Below are positions 1 to 9,149 of a DNA stretch of 64,000 nucleotides, in pieces. The notes under the pieces were generated by a model, which was not told where the DNA came from, ran no database searches, and saw nothing but the letters and a program-made list of their open reading frames with translations. The stretch is from Candidatus Woesearchaeota archaeon. GTDB lineage: Archaea; Nanobdellota; Nanobdellia; Woesearchaeales; ARS49. Every line of letters starts with the position of its first letter. The first letter of the stretch is position 1. The position numbers and the translations under genes were made by a program. The stretch lies in NCBI GenBank assembly GCA_016188265.1, contig JACPID010000003.1, positions 1 through 64,000 of the forward strand, written 5' to 3'.

Positions 1-1
1 T

Positions 2-193
2 AAAATAATAATAGATTTTATTGGGGAAAAAACTAGCGAGGTCAAAAATTTTAATGACTACTTTCTAGTTTTTATTGCCCAAATTCTCAATTTGCAACTT
101 ATAACTTGCGATAAAGGCATTTATGATTTTGCATCAAAAATAAAAAACATGCATAAACCTGTGTATGTTAATATAAACGATCGGTTTCAATAA
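2..193 (+). CDS. C-terminal part of a PIN-domain (VapC-like) protein, truncated by window edge
   Basis: Manual translation from nt 2 gives ...NFNDYFLVFIAQILNLQLITCDKGIY...RFQ*, matching the PIN C-terminal D...A...LITxD motif; stop TAA at 191-193. Confidence 0.65.
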   Translation, partial: KIIIDFIGEKTSEVKNFNDYFLVFIAQILNLQLITCDKGIYDFASKIKNMHKPVYVNINDRFQ

Positions 194-289
194 GATATCT
201 TAAATCCCACCCTATTTTTGTCTAGTGCCTAAAAAAAAAGCATTTCTCAATATTTTTACTTAATTAATAATTTTACACATTCTCATTTA

Positions 290-380
290 ATAGAAAACGA
301 AATAAATAATAGGGCAATAGTTTCGTTTTCTAAATAGTACGCGCCATAAAGAGTGTCCTACAAATTATGGCGCGTACTAT
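290..380 (+). repeat. Double-hairpin dispersed repeat, family A, copy 1
   Basis: 12-bp stem TAGAAAACGAAA/TTTCGTTTTCTA plus 16-bp stem ATAGTACGCGCCATAA/TTATGGCGCGTACTAT; near-identical copies at 3065, 34011 and 49138. Confidence 0.95.
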
Positions 381-1179
381 AATCATAAATTTGAATTCTC
401 ACTTTTTACCTATTTTCCGAATTATTCCGACAAAAATTAAAAACTAAAATAAATTATTTTTAATATAGAAGTTTATTTTTTTGATTTTTTGTTTTGTTGT
501 TGTGCGCAAAAAAATTTTACAAAATATAATAGTTGTGGTGTGCAAAAAATTACTAACTACTTTTCAAATCCAACAAAAATTAAAAATATAGTAAAAAATA
601 AAAAAAATCTAAAAATAAAATATTAAAAACTAGAAAAAAATCACAGAAAAAACTACAAATTCTACAAGTCAATAATTTCATTTATAACCACTTTAACAAA
701 ATTGTAAACAATTATGCCAGAATTTAAGTATTCTTGCAAGAGTTTGTATTTTTTGGTGTAGAAGCAGGCTTATTAAATCAAAATACCACCACCTAGTTTG
801 TCGAAATAACCCAGAAATTTCGTACATTACAACGACTGTGCTGTTAAAAAACAAGAATCCACTAATTTTTATCAAAAATAAAATAACATAGATTAAATTT
901 TAGTCGGGATTTTAAATGAATTAAATAAAAAATATGCAAATTACTACCTAAAAAATGAATAATAACCTTAAGTAAATAAAAAATTGCTTAAAATAACAAA
1001 AAAACAGGAAAACCTATATTATTTAATAAAAAAAATAAATTAAAATTTAAAACGATTAAATAATATAATTATTTATCATAAATTATTATCAAGATAAATT
1101 TTAATATTAGATTACATATTTTAATCTTATGTTGGAGTGCATAAAAGTTTTTATACATAACTAAATAATTTCAATAAAA
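381..1179. other. Long AT-rich non-coding region, candidate replication origin or regulatory region
   Basis: ~800 bp with no credible ORF; long A/T tracts; imperfect inverted repeat TTATTCCGACAAA (422-434) / TTTGTCGAAATAA (797-809); direct repeats GTTGT(T/G)GTG(C/T)GCAAAAAA. Confidence 0.35.
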
Positions 1180-1758
1180 ATGAAAATACAATTAGAAAGA
1201 AAAGAGGTTTTAGACAATAAAGATTCAGAAGAAGTAGCTAAAGTTCTTCTTGCAAGATTTGGCTTATTGCCTAGAAAAAAAGATGGAGCTGCAAAAATGC
1301 ACAAATTGCTTCTCGAGTTATATGAACGAAAAAAACAGTCAAATAAAGAAAGAAAACCTGAAATAGCTGTTATGCCAGTCGAGGATATGGGCTTTTTTGC
1401 AGGCATTAAAAGACAAACAATGTATGAATACTTACACAGGTGGCTTGATCTGCAAATATTGAAAAAAACCTCATTTGTAAGCAATGGAAAAGTAGTCATA
1501 GGATACGAGTTAAACGGCCAAAACATAGAAGGAGCATTTAGAAAAGCAGAATCAGCAATTAAAAACCATTTAGAAGACAGTTTCAGGCTTATTGAAACAC
1601 TTCAAAATGAAATTAAAAAAGAAAAATTACGTCGATCTAGTGATTCCAATATGTTAGAAGAGTATTCAAACCAACAAGATTCTTTTTCGCCTGCTCCTGA
1701 CGAAAAACAGGATCAAGACGCAACAACACAAGATTCCCCTGCATCCTTTTCTCAATAG
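1180..1758 (+). CDS. Winged helix-turn-helix protein of unknown function
   Basis: HTH-like segment VEDMGFFAGIKRQTMYEYLHRWLDLQILKK followed by a wing; C-terminal tail overlaps the convergent gene. Confidence 0.7.
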   Translation: MKIQLERKEVLDNKDSEEVAKVLLARFGLLPRKKDGAAKMHKLLLELYERKKQSNKERKPEIAVMPVEDMGFFAGIKRQTMYEYLHRWLDLQILKKTSFVSNGKVVIGYELNGQNIEGAFRKAESAIKNHLEDSFRLIETLQNEIKKEKLRRSSDSNMLEEYSNQQDSFSPAPDEKQDQDATTQDSPASFSQ

Positions 1759-2158
1759 GAATGCCTTTTTCTCGTATGTTCAAAATATATGAAGATACTA
1801 AACTTTCATTTAATGCTGTTTTTCTTGCAATTTCTTTATATGTAACAAATGTTTTTATTTCACTTAAAGTATAGAGTGCAAAAAAAACATCTTTTTCACG
1901 TTTAGTAAGAGGCTTAATTGAAAATTCAATAGCATTGCTTTTTCCTTTAACAAGCAATACAAGCTCATCAATTCTTTCTGAAAGTTTATCAATTTTAGAA
2001 TGAAGATTTTGAATTTCTTCATAAGACGATTGCAACTCAACAGTATTCTCGTTAATAGTTTGCCTGTGATCATCAAGTTCTTCACCAATATCATGAAGAA
2101 CATTATGTATAATATTAGATTCTGTAGTCGATAAAACTGCCTGTTGAACTCCCTTCAT
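1637..2158 (-). CDS. Coiled-coil plus C-terminal winged HTH protein
   Basis: N-terminal coiled coil; LTKREKDVF...TYKEIARKTALNESLVSSYILNIREKGIPI wHTH; SD-like GGGGTGG upstream. Confidence 0.75.
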   Translation of the reverse strand: MKGVQQAVLSTTESNIIHNVLHDIGEELDDHRQTINENTVELQSSYEEIQNLHSKIDKLSERIDELVLLVKGKSNAIEFSIKPLTKREKDVFFALYTLSEIKTFVTYKEIARKTALNESLVSSYILNIREKGIPIEKRMQGNLVLLRLDPVFRQEQAKKNLVGLNTLLTYWNH

Positions 2159-2262
2159 AAAATACCACCCCTTAAAAACAAACTTATTAGTAAATGCTGG
2201 GATTTATAAAATTTATTGTGTTGAAGTTGTTATAATGCCAGGCATAAATCAACAAAAAACAG

Positions 2263-2880
2263 CTAAAAAGTTGCTGACTTAAATGTTAAAACCTTTTCTT
2301 TACCCTCAGAAACACGCTGAATTGTTGATTCACTTTCAAGCTCATCAAGCAAGCGATAAAAAGAACTTTTAGAACAAAGCCCTTGTTCTTCAACAACTAT
2401 TTCCCTCAACTGCAATGCTGAAATTTTCTCGTATTTTGATATTAAGGACATAAGCATATTTTTTATGTATTCTTTAGAATTATGAGTCAATCTACGTATA
2501 ACTTTTTGTTCTAATGCAGTTTGAGGTTCTCTTCGAGAAACTGGCTGCTCTTCACGCACAATATTCTCTCTTGTTCTTAAACGCTGCTCATTATCATTTA
2601 ATCTTTGTTCAACTGAATCCAAGCGTTGAAAAAACTTATCAAAAGAATAGTATTTATCGACGAGTAAACGTATTTCATTAGCGCTTTTTGGAACTAAATT
2701 AAGCTCTCTTTGCATTTTATCTATTTGCTGTTGAAACTCACGATTTTGTGCAGAAAGATATTCTATCCATTGATATAAAACTCCCATATCTTCACGAACT
2801 TTAACAAAAGCAGAAGTCATGCCCAATTCAATTTGTTTAAGCTTTTCAAAACTTCTTGATCTCCTAAAAAATAACACCAT
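2263..2880 (-). CDS. Coiled-coil plus C-terminal winged HTH protein
   Basis: Coiled-coil N-half; ISALQLREIVVEEQGLCSKSSFYRLLDELE HTH-like motif. Confidence 0.75.
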   Translation of the reverse strand: MVLFFRRSRSFEKLKQIELGMTSAFVKVREDMGVLYQWIEYLSAQNREFQQQIDKMQRELNLVPKSANEIRLLVDKYYSFDKFFQRLDSVEQRLNDNEQRLRTRENIVREEQPVSRREPQTALEQKVIRRLTHNSKEYIKNMLMSLISKYEKISALQLREIVVEEQGLCSKSSFYRLLDELESESTIQRVSEGKEKVLTFKSATF

Positions 2881-2921
2881 ATTTTTATAAAAAGGCAGTT
2901 TTGTATAAAAATATTTCGATT

Positions 2922-3050
2922 TTGGGACGTTCCCAACACAGTCCTAAGAATACATTGGGACTATCTGGGAATGATATATCGACGATAAAAGTCATTCCCA
3001 GAGACTATCCTGGGAACGTCATAGGACTATCCTGGGAATGACTTAGGAAT
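2922..3050. repeat. Cluster of GACTATC(C)TGGGAA direct repeats and TGGGA palindromes
   Basis: Three copies near 2959, 3003 and 3025; palindrome TTGGGA-CGT-TCCCAA 2922-2936; 11-bp inverted repeat 2964-2974/2992-3002. Confidence 0.75.
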
Positions 3051-3064
3051 AACAATTAAAACAT

Positions 3065-3153
3065 ATAGAAAACGAAATAAATCATAGGACAATAGTTTCG
3101 TTTTCTAAATAGTACGCACCATAAAGAGTGTCCTACAAATTATGGCGCGTACT
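3065..3153 (+). repeat. Double-hairpin dispersed repeat, family A, copy 2 (slightly decayed)
   Basis: Matches 290-380 with a few substitutions (TAGGACA loop, CGCACC in stem 2). Confidence 0.95.
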
Positions 3154-3175
3154 GATATGTTAAAGGGTTTTATGA

Positions 3176-3320
3176 GTCTTGATATGTCGAAAATCACTCT
3201 TGACGCACACTACTGACTTTAGTCTGTAGAAAGGACGAGTGATTTTCGATCATGATCAAAAACTACACGCTACCTACTTCAATGTAATTTTTGACATGAT
3301 CAAAACTACTCTTGATTACT
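3176..3320. repeat. REP-like imperfect palindrome cluster (family D)
   Basis: 13-bp inverted repeat TCGAAAATCACTC/GAGTGATTTTCGA plus TCAAAAACTAC...GTAATTTTTGA; related to the hairpin at 36536-36569. Confidence 0.6.
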
Positions 3321-3396
3321 ACAGATCGCTAATGTAAATTAGGCACTATTAAAATACACTAAAAATTATGCAATTTTACCGGAATATTATTAAAAA

Positions 3397-4047
3397 GTGA
3401 GTATTTTTTTAATGAATATGAACAATGCAATTGTTTCAAAAAAAGCGCTAGCCAAGACATTATCATCATTAAAAGGCTTTAAAATACCAAAAGTGAGACT
3501 TGAACAGTATATGTTATCAAGTGACTCTGCTGCAAGTTTATTATGGATAGCACTAATGAATGGAGATATTCAGGAAAAAGTGATATGTGATCTGGGAGCT
3601 GGAACTGGTATTTTAGGAATAGGAGCATTATTATTAGGCGCAAAAAAAGTAATTTTTGTTGATTGCGATAAAGAAGCTCTTGAAATAACCCAAAAAAACA
3701 TAGATTCTATAAAAAGTGAGCAACAAATAGGAGAATTTGAAATACTAAATGAAAAAGTGAGTGATTTCTCTAAATCTAACATTAATACAATAATTCAAAA
3801 CCCTCCCTTTGGAACAAAGATAAAACACTCTGATAAAGAATTTCTTGAAAAAGCATTGAGGTTGGCAAAAAGTGTGTATTCAATTCATAAAGCAAGCACA
3901 GAAATGTTTTTAAGAGCAATTGCAAAAGACTATAATTTTAATTTATTTTTAATACCTCAAAAAGAATTACTAAAAAAAACTTATTTATTTCATACTAAAA
4001 AAAGAGAATACATAAACATAGTTCTAGCATATTTTAGAAAACAATAA
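3397..4047 (+). CDS. METTL5-like SAM-dependent RNA m6A methyltransferase
   Basis: LEQY, DLGAGTG SAM-binding motif, NPPFG catalytic motif; real start probably ATG 3412 or 3418. Confidence 0.85.
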   Translation: MSIFLMNMNNAIVSKKALAKTLSSLKGFKIPKVRLEQYMLSSDSAASLLWIALMNGDIQEKVICDLGAGTGILGIGALLLGAKKVIFVDCDKEALEITQKNIDSIKSEQQIGEFEILNEKVSDFSKSNINTIIQNPPFGTKIKHSDKEFLEKALRLAKSVYSIHKASTEMFLRAIAKDYNFNLFLIPQKELLKKTYLFHTKKREYINIVLAYFRKQ

Positions 4048-4082
4048 TATTTATATGTAATTAAAGTTTTTGAAAAAAAAAA

Positions 4083-4832
4083 ATGCCGAAAAACTACAAA
4101 TTAACAAAAACACAATTTGCAACAAGCATTACTGGCATTGTTGCTATAATAGCAATTATTTTGTTATTTACAACAGATTTACTTGAAGATCTAAACCCAA
4201 ATAAAACGTATGATTTAGAAAAAACATTAAAATCAGTATATAATCTTGATAAAAAATACAACACAAATTGGCGTGAAGAAAATGTGCCCTTAAAACTTAT
4301 TCAACAAGAAAAAATACTCCCATATTTAACAGATTTAGAAAAACTTTATGAAAATGCAAAGAATAAATCACCATCTTCTGAAATTATTTTAGTAGCTGGT
4401 TCAAATTACCAAATCAATATTTCTGAAAGAATACTTGATTTTCTTAATGCAAGAAAAGAAATGCTAACTGCACAAAAATACTATTATGAATCCAGTGAAA
4501 TAGGCGATAAAGGAATAATAGATTTTGAATATAGAAACACTGAACCATTCATAACTGAAACAGTGGATTGTGATAATATTGAATATTTAAGCAATGCAAC
4601 TCAGATTCTTAACAAAACAATAAGTGCTGCTAGAAATGCAATGTTCTTACTTGATAAAGCAATGATCTCCTGGGTTGAAGGCCAAGAAAAAATTGGTGTT
4701 AATGAATATAGAGCACAATTTTATACTTCTAGATTAGGCAGAATAAACACGCAAATTGAGCTTAATGAATGGTCTATAAAAGAATGCCTTAAAAAAAAAT
4801 TTATAAAAGAAAAATACAAAAATAACACATAA
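4083..4832 (+). CDS. Membrane-anchored hypothetical protein
   Basis: Single N-terminal hydrophobic helix; last codons and stop lie within repeat family B. Confidence 0.7.
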   Translation: MPKNYKLTKTQFATSITGIVAIIAIILLFTTDLLEDLNPNKTYDLEKTLKSVYNLDKKYNTNWREENVPLKLIQQEKILPYLTDLEKLYENAKNKSPSSEIILVAGSNYQINISERILDFLNARKEMLTAQKYYYESSEIGDKGIIDFEYRNTEPFITETVDCDNIEYLSNATQILNKTISAARNAMFLLDKAMISWVEGQEKIGVNEYRAQFYTSRLGRINTQIELNEWSIKECLKKKFIKEKYKNNT

Positions 4833-4897
4833 AATAGTTTGTCTTTTTCAATCTAGTTGAGGCCAAATAATAATGCCTTATTTATATCCTCAACTAG
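4809..4897 (+). repeat. Double-hairpin dispersed repeat, family B, copy 1
   Basis: Homologous to the reverse complement of 24322-24413; stems GAAAAATACAAA/TTTGTCTTTTTC and CTAGTTGAGG/CCTCAACTAG. Confidence 0.85.
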
Positions 4898-4939
4898 AAA
4901 ACGCAAAGGTTTTTAAATAAAAGATTATTTCTAACAACC

Positions 4940-5212
4940 ATGGAAGTTGTCATTGTTGAAGAGAGCAAAAACAAGCTTATTTTTGATATTAAAGGAGAAA
5001 CCAATACATTAACTGGAGCTTTAAAAAAAGAATTGTGGAATGATGAACATGTTAAAACTTCAGGATACCACATAGATCACCCATTAATTAATGTTCCTCG
5101 TTTTATAGTAGAAACTGATGGCGCAGACCCTAGAAAAACTGTAAAATCAGCTCTTAAAAGACTTGATAAAGTTGCTGAAAAACTTAAAGAACAAGCAAAA
5201 TTACTTAAATAA
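4940..5212 (+). CDS. rpoL: DNA-directed RNA polymerase subunit Rpo11 (L)
   Basis: GETNTLTGALKKEL...GYHIDHPL motif, 90 aa. Confidence 0.9.
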   Translation: MEVVIVEESKNKLIFDIKGETNTLTGALKKELWNDEHVKTSGYHIDHPLINVPRFIVETDGADPRKTVKSALKRLDKVAEKLKEQAKLLK

Positions 5213-5242
5213 AAACATTCTTATACTTCTAGTGCCTAACTT

Positions 5243-5761
5243 GTGTTGATGAGCTTTATTCGTATTAAAAAAATCAAAGGCCAAAATTATGCATATTTAG
5301 TTAAAAATACTTGGACAAAAAAAGGCTGTCGGCAAAATGTAGGAAAATATATTGGTAAAGTAATAAACTGTAAAAAACTTCAAAACGACCATACTCTTAC
5401 AAAAGAAACATATTCTGAACGTATTTTAGAAATAATTCAGCAAGAATTACTAAATCATGGTTTTAAAACAGAAACAAATAATCTTGTATTTGAAGATATA
5501 AGCATATCAATCAATCCACTAAATGTAAAAAAGAAAAATAAAAACATAGCATTGCAAATAAATGAAGGATTTATGTGCCAAGAAACACTTCAGCAATTAC
5601 AGGAATTCATGCCAAAAAGTGAAAAAGATCTTGAAAAGCTTGCAGTATTATTAGTAGAAGCAGGAATAAAGCTTAATCAAAATATATTTTTACAATTATG
5701 CGAACCATTAATTGCAAAATCAAAAGAACAAGAAAACTCAATTGATGAATTTTACTACTAA
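5243..5761 (+). CDS. Hypothetical protein with basic N-terminal beta-rich motif
   Basis: FIRIKKIKGQNYAYLVKNTW...RQ...KYIGK; probable start ATG 5249. Confidence 0.7.
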   Translation: MLMSFIRIKKIKGQNYAYLVKNTWTKKGCRQNVGKYIGKVINCKKLQNDHTLTKETYSERILEIIQQELLNHGFKTETNNLVFEDISISINPLNVKKKNKNIALQINEGFMCQETLQQLQEFMPKSEKDLEKLAVLLVEAGIKLNQNIFLQLCEPLIAKSKEQENSIDEFYY

Positions 5762-5764
5762 AAA

Positions 5765-6388
5765 CTATTTTTTTTTAATATACTTTAATAATTTTTCAGC
5801 TTTTTCTTTTATAGAAGAAATAAACTTTTCATACTCTTCCTTAAGCACAGATTTTTTATTGTAATTGCCCCAGGTTTCAAAAAACAAAACATCTTGAATT
5901 GAAAGCTTTGGCTTAATTTCAGGTTTTCCTCTGGGATAGCCAACAACTAAAATAGATTGAGGAGTTGCTTTTTTCGGAATATCTAAAATTTTTTTAACAG
6001 AACTTTCTAAAAATGCACCAACCCAACAAGCGCCAAGGCCTTGAGCATGTGCTGCAAGAAGCATATTTTCAGCAGCTGCGGCTGAGTTTTGTAAACTATA
6101 CACTTTTTTACCACGCTCTCCATACATTCGCTCATTTTTAACAGGTTCAGAACAAACTACAATATGAACTGGAGCTTCACTCATCCACATTTGTTCTGAA
6201 CTAGCTTCTGCAAGCTTTTCTTTTTTTTCAGAATCAACAACAATAATGAACTTCCAATCTTGAATATTGCCCGCTGAAGGTGCAGACTTTCCTGCATCAA
6301 TAATGTTTATTATTTTCTCAAACTCAACATTATCCTGCTTAAAAGAGCGGATACTTCTGCGTGAATTTAAACAAACAAGTGCGTCCAT
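5765..6388 (-). CDS. Nitroreductase family protein
   Basis: RRSIRSF, APSAGNIQDWKF, ENMLLAAHAQGLGACWVGAF motifs. Confidence 0.93.
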   Translation of the reverse strand: MDALVCLNSRRSIRSFKQDNVEFEKIINIIDAGKSAPSAGNIQDWKFIIVVDSEKKEKLAEASSEQMWMSEAPVHIVVCSEPVKNERMYGERGKKVYSLQNSAAAAENMLLAAHAQGLGACWVGAFLESSVKKILDIPKKATPQSILVVGYPRGKPEIKPKLSIQDVLFFETWGNYNKKSVLKEEYEKFISSIKEKAEKLLKYIKKK

Positions 6389-6411
6389 TAACAATTTTTC
6401 TATAATACAAG

Positions 6412-6419
6412 TTTATAAA
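6412..6419. promoter_or_regulatory. Palindromic TATA box shared by divergent leaderless genes
   Basis: TTTATAAA lies ~22-24 nt from both ATGs (6388 on -, 6441 on +). Confidence 0.6.
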
Positions 6420-6440
6420 GTTATCCGAGATTTATAAGAC

Positions 6441-8210
6441 ATGCTATATGCTGATTTGGTTAAAGTCTATGATAGATTAGAAAGCACTGCAAAACGTTTA
6501 GAAAAAACAAGTATTTTATCAGAATTTTTTAAAACAGTTTCAGAAGAGGAGTGTGAACATATTATTTTACTTCTTCAAGGATGTATTTTTCCAAAATGGG
6601 ATTCTAGAGAAACAGGCATTGCTCAGAAACTTTTAGTAAAATCACTTGAAATTGCCACAGGTAAAAATGAACATGAATTAAAAAAAATATGGAAAGAATG
6701 CGGAGATCTTGGTTTAGCAGCAGAAAAATTAACACAAATTAAAATTCAAGCAACATTGTTTTCACAATCATTAACTACTCAAAAAGTTTTTGAAAATCTA
6801 CAGAAAATACCTGTTTTAAAAGGGCAAGGAAGTGTTGATAGAAAACTACAGTACACTGCTGAATTATTAACAAGCGCAAAACCTCTTGAAGTAAAATATT
6901 TAGTAAGAACAATAATTGGTGATTTACGCATAGGGCTTGGAGAAGGAACAATAAGAGACGCAATTGTATGGAGCTGCTTTGAAAAAGAAATAAAATTAGA
7001 GTATAATAATGAAAAAAATGAATTGCAATTTCCAAATAAAGATAGGACTAAATATGAAAAATATGCTGAACTTGTTCAAGAAGCACTAGATATAAGCAAT
7101 GATTTTAGCATTGTTTTGAGGAAATCACGCAACAGAGAACTTGATAGTTTGCAATTAGTTGTAGGAAGGCCTATTAATGTAATGCTTTTTAAAAAAGCAA
7201 AAAATATTCAAGAAGCATTAGCAACAGTTGGAAAACCTGCTGCAATTGAAAAAAAATATGATGGATTCCGTGTTCAAATTCATAAACAAAAAAATAATAT
7301 TGTTTTATTTACCAGAAGGCTGGAGAATGTAAGTTCACAATTTCCAGATATTATCTCAGCTGTTATTGATAATGTCAAAGCAGAAAATTGCATTCTTGAT
7401 GCAGAAATAGTAGGCTATGATAAAACAACAAAAAGATCTCTGCCATTTCAAAATATTTCTCAGAGAATAAAAAGAAAATATGATATTAATGAAACAGCAG
7501 AACAATACCCTGTTAAAATTCATGTATTTGATTGTTTATTTATTGATAAAAAAACACTTTTAAAAGAAACTTTTCAAAAAAGAAGAGAATTGTTAAAAGA
7601 TTCAATCAAAGAAAAAGAAAACGTGATAACATTAGCAGAACAAATCATTACTTCTGATGAAAATAAAATAAGTGAATTCTATGAAAAATCACTTGATGAA
7701 GGCCATGAAGGAATAATGCTAAAAAATTTATCTGGAATCTACAAACCAGGGTCAAGAGTAGGCTATGGCGTAAAAGTAAAACCTACAATGGAAACACTTG
7801 AAGTAGTTATTATTGGCGCAGAATGGGGTGAAGGAAAACGCGGAGCTTGGCTTAGTAGTTTTATAATTGCAGTTCAAAAAGAAGATGATTTTGTTGAAAT
7901 AGGCAGAGTCGGAACAGGCTTTAAAGAAAAAAGTGAAGAAGGAATTTCATTTGATCAAATAACAGAACTATTAAAACCATTAATTATTAAAGAAAATGGC
8001 AAAGAAGTAATTGTAAGACCTGAAATAATAATTGAAGTGGACTATGAAGAAATACAAACAAGTCCAACATATAATTCTGGATATGCTTTAAGATTCCCAA
8101 GATTTGTAAGATTACGCGAAGATCGTGGAATTAAAGACATAAACAGTATAGATGATGTTGAAAAATATTATGCAGAGCAAAGAGGAAGAAGTGTGATTAA
8201 AAGCACATAA
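6441..8210 (+). CDS. lig: ATP-dependent DNA ligase
   Basis: KYDGFRVQIH motif I, EGIMLK, ALRFPRF; archaeal architecture. Confidence 0.97.
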   Translation: MLYADLVKVYDRLESTAKRLEKTSILSEFFKTVSEEECEHIILLLQGCIFPKWDSRETGIAQKLLVKSLEIATGKNEHELKKIWKECGDLGLAAEKLTQIKIQATLFSQSLTTQKVFENLQKIPVLKGQGSVDRKLQYTAELLTSAKPLEVKYLVRTIIGDLRIGLGEGTIRDAIVWSCFEKEIKLEYNNEKNELQFPNKDRTKYEKYAELVQEALDISNDFSIVLRKSRNRELDSLQLVVGRPINVMLFKKAKNIQEALATVGKPAAIEKKYDGFRVQIHKQKNNIVLFTRRLENVSSQFPDIISAVIDNVKAENCILDAEIVGYDKTTKRSLPFQNISQRIKRKYDINETAEQYPVKIHVFDCLFIDKKTLLKETFQKRRELLKDSIKEKENVITLAEQIITSDENKISEFYEKSLDEGHEGIMLKNLSGIYKPGSRVGYGVKVKPTMETLEVVIIGAEWGEGKRGAWLSSFIIAVQKEDDFVEIGRVGTGFKEKSEEGISFDQITELLKPLIIKENGKEVIVRPEIIIEVDYEEIQTSPTYNSGYALRFPRFVRLREDRGIKDINSIDDVEKYYAEQRGRSVIKST

Positions 8211-8243
8211 TTCTTTATTAGCAATTACTTCTTTATTTAATAC

Positions 8244-9083
8244 ATGAAAATTAAAACATATATTTTAATTGCACAAAAAAAATATGTAAAATATAACAGA
8301 TTAAACAAAGATCTTACTCAAGAAAATAAAACAGAACATAATAATCCTGAGACAAAAATTACAAGCTTATACAAGCCAAAATCTCTTTCAGAAGAAGCAT
8401 GGAAGTATGACATTTCTGATACACTTAAAAAAACAATAGAAGAACAGCTTTATGGACTTCCAACTAAAGAGCAAGAACTTCCTTTAATTTATTGGCCTGA
8501 AGAAAAAATGCCTCCTATAATGTATCCTATACCACGAGCATTTCAAGAATCAGAGCTTGAATCAAAAATAAACACAGATTATAAAACACAAACAAGTAGC
8601 GAATTTATACAGCATGCACGTGAATACTTATCAAGCAGTTATGCAAAAAGTTTTAACAAATATTTACAAAATAATCAAAAAAGATGTATAACCCCGCTTA
8701 AAGGGATTAGCACTGCCAGTTTAGGCCCGAACAGTTACGCTGCTATTGCAAGTACAGGTTATGATGCGATTTTGATAGGAAATGCTGATAAAGATTTTGA
8801 AAAAGGAGTAGTACAATTTGCAATAAATTATAAAGTTTCAAAAGAAGCAGCTAAACTTTACTTGTTTTTGCATGAACATGCTCATTTATCACAAGGACAT
8901 TTACAAAATTACAGCCACACAGTTGCAGAAAGAGATGTAGAGCAAATTGTCGGGGCATATGCAAAACAACAAGCACATACATATCAAGGGCGAGAAGAAG
9001 AGAAATTATATACTGAAATAGAGCATATTGCTAATCAGAGATATTTTGAAGTTGAAAAAAATTATGGAAAACAAGCAGCATGA
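8244..9083 (+). CDS. Hypothetical protein with HEXXH motif (putative zincin metallopeptidase)
   Basis: LFLHEHAH followed by AERDVE; start uncertain. Confidence 0.55.
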   Translation: MKIKTYILIAQKKYVKYNRLNKDLTQENKTEHNNPETKITSLYKPKSLSEEAWKYDISDTLKKTIEEQLYGLPTKEQELPLIYWPEEKMPPIMYPIPRAFQESELESKINTDYKTQTSSEFIQHAREYLSSSYAKSFNKYLQNNQKRCITPLKGISTASLGPNSYAAIASTGYDAILIGNADKDFEKGVVQFAINYKVSKEAAKLYLFLHEHAHLSQGHLQNYSHTVAERDVEQIVGAYAKQQAHTYQGREEEKLYTEIEHIANQRYFEVEKNYGKQAA

Positions 9084-9149
9084 GTTATATTCTGCAAAAA
9101 ATATTTTGTAGTTAATAAATATTTATATACTTGTTTTATTATGAAGAAG

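Noticed and set aside
290..380. Family A as CRISPR repeats or tRNA fragments
   Set aside because: Dispersed single copies with no spacers and no cloverleaf
693..875. 60-aa minus-strand ORF
   Set aside because: Non-ATG start, no motif, lies in AT-rich non-coding DNA
2922..3050. CRISPR array
   Set aside because: Repeats are ~14 bp with irregular short spacing, and no cas genes are in the window
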